The notes under the pieces: model-generated
What the model saw: only the letters and a program-made list of their open reading frames with translations
Databases searched by the model: none
What the model was told of the DNA's origin: nothing
Translations under genes and position numbers: made by a program
Source: an uncultured bacterium
Lineage (GTDB): Bacteria; Verrucomicrobiota; Kiritimatiellia; RFP12; UBA1067
DNA length: 40,199 nucleotides
Assembly (NCBI GenBank): GCA_902788415.1
Contig: CADAKF010000008.1
Coordinates: 1 to 40,199, forward strand
Direction of reading: 5' to 3'
Shown here: positions 36,105 through 40,199 of the stretch, piece by piece
How positions within the stretch are numbered: position 1 is the first letter of the stretch
Layout of the letters: each line of letters starts with the position of its first letter

Positions 36105-36587
36105 TTATATCATAAGCCGCTCGACCGCCTTGCGGAAATCCTTGTCGTTCGTACGAACGGAAAGGTTGGCGGTGAGGCCGAGATAGGCGGCCATACGGAC
36201 AAAATCAATGATGAACTTGTCGGCGCGGTGTTCACCTTGTCCGCCGGTGTAGGAGATGCGGACATTGCCGTCGAGCGTGACGTTCTCGTCGTGCCCGTCG
36301 AAAACGATCCAAACGCGCTTGCCGGAAGCCTTCGCCTGCGCGATGAGGTCGGCACGGTCCTTCGCCTCCTTCGGCGAGCCGAGGACAAGGTTCCAGCCGT
36401 CCCAGATCTCGAGCGGCTCGCCGCCCTTCAGGTCCATCGCCGCGAGAAGCGCCAGGTCGAAGTGCGCTTTCAGGGAGTCGAGCTCATTTCGCAGCGCGGC
36501 GTTTTCCGCCGCCGCCTTCGTGAGCGCGGTCTGCAGTTCGCGCACATGCGTCAGCTGCGAACTCCTAATGATGTCCTGCGCATTCAT
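36105..36587 (-). CDS. NYN/YacP-like PIN-domain ribonuclease
   Basis: DGWNL, IVFDG, AD..I, TND motifs; N-terminal coiled coil. Confidence 0.8.
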   Translation of the reverse strand: MNAQDIIRSSQLTHVRELQTALTKAAAENAALRNELDSLKAHFDLALLAAMDLKGGEPLEIWDGWNLVLGSPKEAKDRADLIAQAKASGKRVWIVFDGHDENVTLDGNVRISYTGGQGEHRADKFIIDFVRMAAYLGLTANLSVRTNDKDFRKAVERLMI

Positions 36588-37450
36588 TTCAGAATCGCGG
36601 ACGCATACCGGTCGTGACCAGCATAGTCCTTCTCAGTCTTGATGTCATCGAAGCCGCAGTCGAACATCAGCTGCCGGACGGACTCGCCCTGGCTCTCGCC
36701 GATCTCGAAGAAGACCGCACCGCCCGGCTTCAGGAGATTGACGGCGTCCGAAAGATAGCGCTCGTAGAAGTCGAGTCCGGACGTCCCGCCGTCCAGCGCA
36801 AGACGCGGCTCGAAGTCCTTCACGCGCGAATCCAGCGTCTCGCAGACCGCGGTCTCAATGTAAGGCGGATTGGAGACAATCACGTCCACGCACTGCGGCT
36901 CGTCAAATTCGTCAAGTCCGTCCATCACCGCAAACTTCACCTTGTCCGCCAACCCACACTTCGCGGCATTCTCCTTCGCGAGCACAATCGCATCCTCGCT
37001 CACGTCCGTTCCGAGAAAGGCGGCTTCGCCCTTCCATTCGCGAGCCAAAGACAAGATGATGGCGCCGGTTCCCGTTCCGACGTCGACGACGAGAGGACGT
37101 GAGACGGGAGACGGAAGACGCGAGTGAAGATGGGACAATACCCGCGTGACGAGTTCTTCGGTCTCTGGCCGCGGAATGAGCGCCCGCCTGTCGCACTTCA
37201 GCGTCAGCGTGCGGAAGTCCCATTCGCCCAGCACATACTGGATCGGTTCGCCCTTGACAAGCCGCGCCATGCCGCGGCGCATCGCCTCGACACACTTTTC
37301 GGGAACATTTTTCTCCAATTCCCCCGCAAGCAGCCCTCGCCCCACACGAAGCAAGCGCGCGGCGAGCAGTTCGCTCGCCACGCGCGCATCGGGAACACTC
37401 TTCCCCTCAAGGTAGTCAGACGATTTGGAAATGATCTCTTTCCAGATCAT
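36584..37450 (-). CDS. prmC: Release factor glutamine methyltransferase
   Basis: GEPIQY, LIPRPETEEL, DVGTGTG, SNPPY, EP..ALDGG. Confidence 0.96.
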   Translation of the reverse strand: MIWKEIISKSSDYLEGKSVPDARVASELLAARLLRVGRGLLAGELEKNVPEKCVEAMRRGMARLVKGEPIQYVLGEWDFRTLTLKCDRRALIPRPETEELVTRVLSHLHSRLPSPVSRPLVVDVGTGTGAIILSLAREWKGEAAFLGTDVSEDAIVLAKENAAKCGLADKVKFAVMDGLDEFDEPQCVDVIVSNPPYIETAVCETLDSRVKDFEPRLALDGGTSGLDFYERYLSDAVNLLKPGGAVFFEIGESQGESVRQLMFDCGFDDIKTEKDYAGHDRYASAILK

Positions 37451-37484
37451 CTCACCCTCTCACCCTCTTACCCTCTCACCTTCT
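37451..37484. repeat. Short tandem repeat (CTCACCCT)x4, degenerate
   Basis: ctcaccct ctcaccct cttaccct ctcacctt. Confidence 0.75.
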
Positions 37485-37501
37485 GATCGCGCGCCGCGCG
37501 A

Positions 37502-37885
37502 TCAGAACGGCATGTCATCCACGTCTCCGGCGTCGACCGGCATGTCCGGCTCGGCCGGGGCGGGAACGGGCTCGGTGGACGTGCCGTCCGCATTGAGGAC
37601 CTCGATCTTGAGCGCCGTGAGGTCGACGAAGTACTGCGTGCCCTTCGGACCGTCCCAGCGACGGCCGTCGACAACAAAATGAACCTGGACGCGCTGGCCC
37701 TTCTGGATGCCGTCGAGAAGCGAGCAGTTGTCCTTCTTGAAGGTGAACTTGACTGGATTCGGATACTTCGCCGGCGAGTCAACGTCGTTGCCGACGATCA
37801 CGTCGCGCTTGGTGAATCCGCTCGCGAAGGTCTGCACGGGAAGAACGTCTTCCACAACACCGGTATAGTCAAAGAACTGGGACAT
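37502..37885 (-). CDS. DUF3127 (SSB-like OB-fold) protein, paralogue 2
   Basis: QTFASGFTKRDV, KYPNPVKF, V.F.VDGR.W, acidic tail DVDDMPF. Confidence 0.87.
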   Translation of the reverse strand: MSQFFDYTGVVEDVLPVQTFASGFTKRDVIVGNDVDSPAKYPNPVKFTFKKDNCSLLDGIQKGQRVQVHFVVDGRRWDGPKGTQYFVDLTALKIEVLNADGTSTEPVPAPAEPDMPVDAGDVDDMPF

Positions 37886-37920
37886 GGTCAGTTGTTCGTT
37901 GGTAGATGATAGTTGGGAGT

Positions 37921-38724
37921 TTACTTGTAGAAATTGCCGAGCGCGCGGAGCTTGTCGTAGCGCTTTTCGAGCAGTTCGTCGAGATCGAGCTTCTTCAGCT
38001 CCTCGAGTGCCTTAAGGACCGCCGTCTTCACGGCCGCACAAGCCGCCTTGTGATCCTTCTGCGCGCCGCCCGCGGGCTCCTTGACGATCTCGTCGATCGC
38101 ACCGAGCTTCTTGAGGTCCGGCGCGGTGATCTTGAGCGCGGCGGCCGCCTCGGGGGCCTTCGTGCCGTCCCTCCAAAGGATGCCTGCGCAGCCCTCGGGG
38201 GAGATGACGGAATAGACCGCGTTCTCCATCATGAGAACCTTGTCGCCGACCGCAATCGCAAGCGCACCGCCCGAACCGCCTTCGCCTGTGATGACCACGA
38301 CGACGGGAGTCTTCAGGAGCGCGAAGAACTCGAGCGACTTCGCAATGGCCTCGGCCTGTCCACGCTCCTCGGCCTCGCGCCCTGGATACGCGCCGGGCGT
38401 GTCGACGAACGTGACGATCGGCAGGTGGAACTTCTCCGCGAGCTTCGCGAGGCGCATCGCCTTGCGGTAACCGTCCGGATTCGCCATACCGAAGTTGGCC
38501 TCCATATTCTCCTCGACCGTCGCGCCCTTGTGGTGGCCGAGAATGAGCAGCTTCTCCTTCCCGATCGTGGCAAAGCCGCCGATCAGGCCCCGGTCGTCGT
38601 TCGCGAGCCGGTCGCCATGAAGCTCCTCGAAGTCGGAGCAGAGGTACTTGATGAAATCCTTCAGATGCGGACGCTTCGGGTCTCGCGCCAGCTTCACACA
38701 ATCCATTGCCGTCTTCTTCGCCAT
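37921..38724 (-). CDS. accA: Acetyl-CoA carboxylase carboxyltransferase alpha
   Basis: ELHGDR, GYRKA.RL, DTPGAYPG, GEGGSGGAL, YSVISPEG. Confidence 0.97.
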   Translation of the reverse strand: MAKKTAMDCVKLARDPKRPHLKDFIKYLCSDFEELHGDRLANDDRGLIGGFATIGKEKLLILGHHKGATVEENMEANFGMANPDGYRKAMRLAKLAEKFHLPIVTFVDTPGAYPGREAEERGQAEAIAKSLEFFALLKTPVVVVITGEGGSGGALAIAVGDKVLMMENAVYSVISPEGCAGILWRDGTKAPEAAAALKITAPDLKKLGAIDEIVKEPAGGAQKDHKAACAAVKTAVLKALEELKKLDLDELLEKRYDKLRALGNFYK

Positions 38725-38726
38725 GA

Positions 38727-39557
38727 TCAGAACCCCCAGTAGTTAAGCATCTTCGCGATGAACGCCTTCAAGTCCTTGCGCTCAACGATCTTGTCGATGA
38801 AGCCGTGCTTCTCCAGGTACTCGGCGGACTGGAAGTCTGCCGGCAGCTTCTGATGGATTGTGTTCTCGATCACGCGACGGCCCGCAAAGCCGATGAGCGC
38901 CTTCGGCTCGGTGATGTTGATGTCGCCGAGCATCGCGTAGCTGGCGCTCACGCCGCCCGTCGTCGGATCGGTGAGGACGGAGATGTAGGGAAGTCCCGCC
39001 TCCTTCAGGTAGCCGATCGCCGCGGACGTCTTCGCCATCTGCATGAGCGAAAGGATGCCCTCGTGCATACGCGCGCCGCCCGAGGCGGAAAAAAGGACGA
39101 GCGGACGCCGCTCGCGGATCGCCTGCTCGCAGGCCCGCGCGATGCGCTCGCCCGTGCCAGTGCCGAGGCTGCCGCCCATGAACGCAAAGTCCATCACGCC
39201 CAGCATCGCGGGGTGCCCGCCGATTTCGCAGGTACCCATCACGACGGACTCTGTCTCTCCCGACTTGGCGATCGTCGCCTCGACCTTGGCCTTGTAGGGA
39301 CCTGTCGCGTCGTGGAACGCGAGGTGGTCGGAGTAGGAGACTGCGCGAAAGACCTCCGCGAAGGTTCCCTCATCCGCGACTTGCGCGATGCGCTCGCGGG
39401 CGGAGAGCCGCCCGTGGTAGTTGCACTTCGGACAAATCGCGTTGTTCTTCTTCCAGGCCGCCTTCTCAAAATGGCTCTTGCACTTCGGGCAAATCGCCCA
39501 CAGCGCCTTCGCCGGCGGAATCTTCGGCTTCTCCGATTTTGCGACGAACCAACTCAT
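38727..39557 (-). CDS. accD: Acetyl-CoA carboxylase carboxyltransferase beta
   Basis: CPKC..CPKC Zn finger, FMGGS, SGGARM.EG..SLMQMAKT, PTTGGVSAS. Confidence 0.97.
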   Translation of the reverse strand: MSWFVAKSEKPKIPPAKALWAICPKCKSHFEKAAWKKNNAICPKCNYHGRLSARERIAQVADEGTFAEVFRAVSYSDHLAFHDATGPYKAKVEATIAKSGETESVVMGTCEIGGHPAMLGVMDFAFMGGSLGTGTGERIARACEQAIRERRPLVLFSASGGARMHEGILSLMQMAKTSAAIGYLKEAGLPYISVLTDPTTGGVSASYAMLGDINITEPKALIGFAGRRVIENTIHQKLPADFQSAEYLEKHGFIDKIVERKDLKAFIAKMLNYWGF

Positions 39558-39597
39558 CTCTTACCCCCTAAACCTAGACCTTCGACCTTGACCTATT

Positions 39598-40161
39598 TCA
39601 GAACGGCATAAACACGATTCCATAGATGGAGGCCGGCTTGCCGCCGAGCGCCCGGAGCCCGTGCTTCACGACGGAATTGTAGTAGGCCGTGTCGCCCGGG
39701 TTCAGGACAGACTTCTCGTTGCCGTAGGTCAGCTCCACCTCGCCGGCGATGCAGATGATCAGTTCCTCTCCCTCGTGGGAAGAGACTTCGTCCACGCCGT
39801 CCGCGGCGAACTCGATGCGGAACGGGTCCATATGCCGGTCGGGCTTGCCGAGCGCGAGCGAATGCGAGGCATAGCCGAGGACGTTCGTCCCCTCCTTCGC
39901 GACCTTCTTCGCCGCAAGATCCTTCGCGCGGGTGATGATCGGATCGGGCTTGAACTGGTCGTCCATGAACGTGCCGAGACGCTGCCCGAGCGCGCGGGAA
40001 AGCTTCGTGAGGACGCCGAGGGCCGGAAGGACCTGCCCTTTTTCAATCGAATTGATAACCTTCTCGTCGATCCCGCTCTTCTGGGCGAGGTCGTAGACGC
40101 TCATGTCGAGCTTTGTGCGGTAAGTCTGGATGCGCTTACCAACGCTGGATTCCTTGGACAT
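39598..40161 (-). CDS. XRE-family HTH regulator with cupin domain
   Basis: N-terminal HTH (LAQKSG...IEKG), HEGEE, YYNS..KH; promoter TGcTATAAT near 40188. Confidence 0.92.
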   Translation of the reverse strand: MSKESSVGKRIQTYRTKLDMSVYDLAQKSGIDEKVINSIEKGQVLPALGVLTKLSRALGQRLGTFMDDQFKPDPIITRAKDLAAKKVAKEGTNVLGYASHSLALGKPDRHMDPFRIEFAADGVDEVSSHEGEELIICIAGEVELTYGNEKSVLNPGDTAYYNSVVKHGLRALGGKPASIYGIVFMPF

Positions 40162-40199
40162 CTTCCGTTTCTCCTTTGAGACGGATATTATAGCACAAT

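Overview
GC-rich anaerobic bacterial chromosome segment, most genes on the minus strand. A PVC-type (Kiritimatiellia/Lentisphaeria-like) host is my impression only. From left to right: (1) an S10-spc ribosomal protein operon (rpsJ to rplO) lacking rpmC (uL29) and rpmD (uL30), with a terminator instead of secY after it and a long structured leader before it; (2) an oxidative/nitrosative stress cluster (hcp, desulfoferrodoxin, QueD-like protein, Cys-rich lipoprotein, 36-aa Cys-rich membrane peptide, iron-sulfur flavoprotein, rubredoxin) whose four promoters all carry a GTTG-N6-CAAC palindrome at the class II Crp/Fnr position, interrupted by a RAYT/HUH transposase fused to a DprA-like domain and by several gene remnants; (3) fabZ-fabH-hemolysin III; (4) an AT-richer DpnII/MboI-type GATC restriction-modification cassette with a DpnD-like gene, preceded by a ~360-nt leader containing a rod hairpin and a mutually exclusive terminator, with RhuM and UvrD-like helicase genes upstream; (5) an OmpR-family regulator, a Crp/Fnr regulator and a tRNA-Val(TAC) with a mismatched, possibly chimeric acceptor stem; (6) paaK/iorB/nifU, an internally deleted cysK, a ClpB lacking its N-domain with a sigma54-type promoter, NYN, prmC, two DUF3127 SSB-like paralogues, accA/accD and an XRE-cupin regulator. 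Best novelty candidates: the RNA switch in front of the R-M cassette, the RAYT-DprA fusion, and the Crp/Fnr regulon with its uncharacterised small Cys-rich proteins. All family calls are by eye from motifs; no searches were run.
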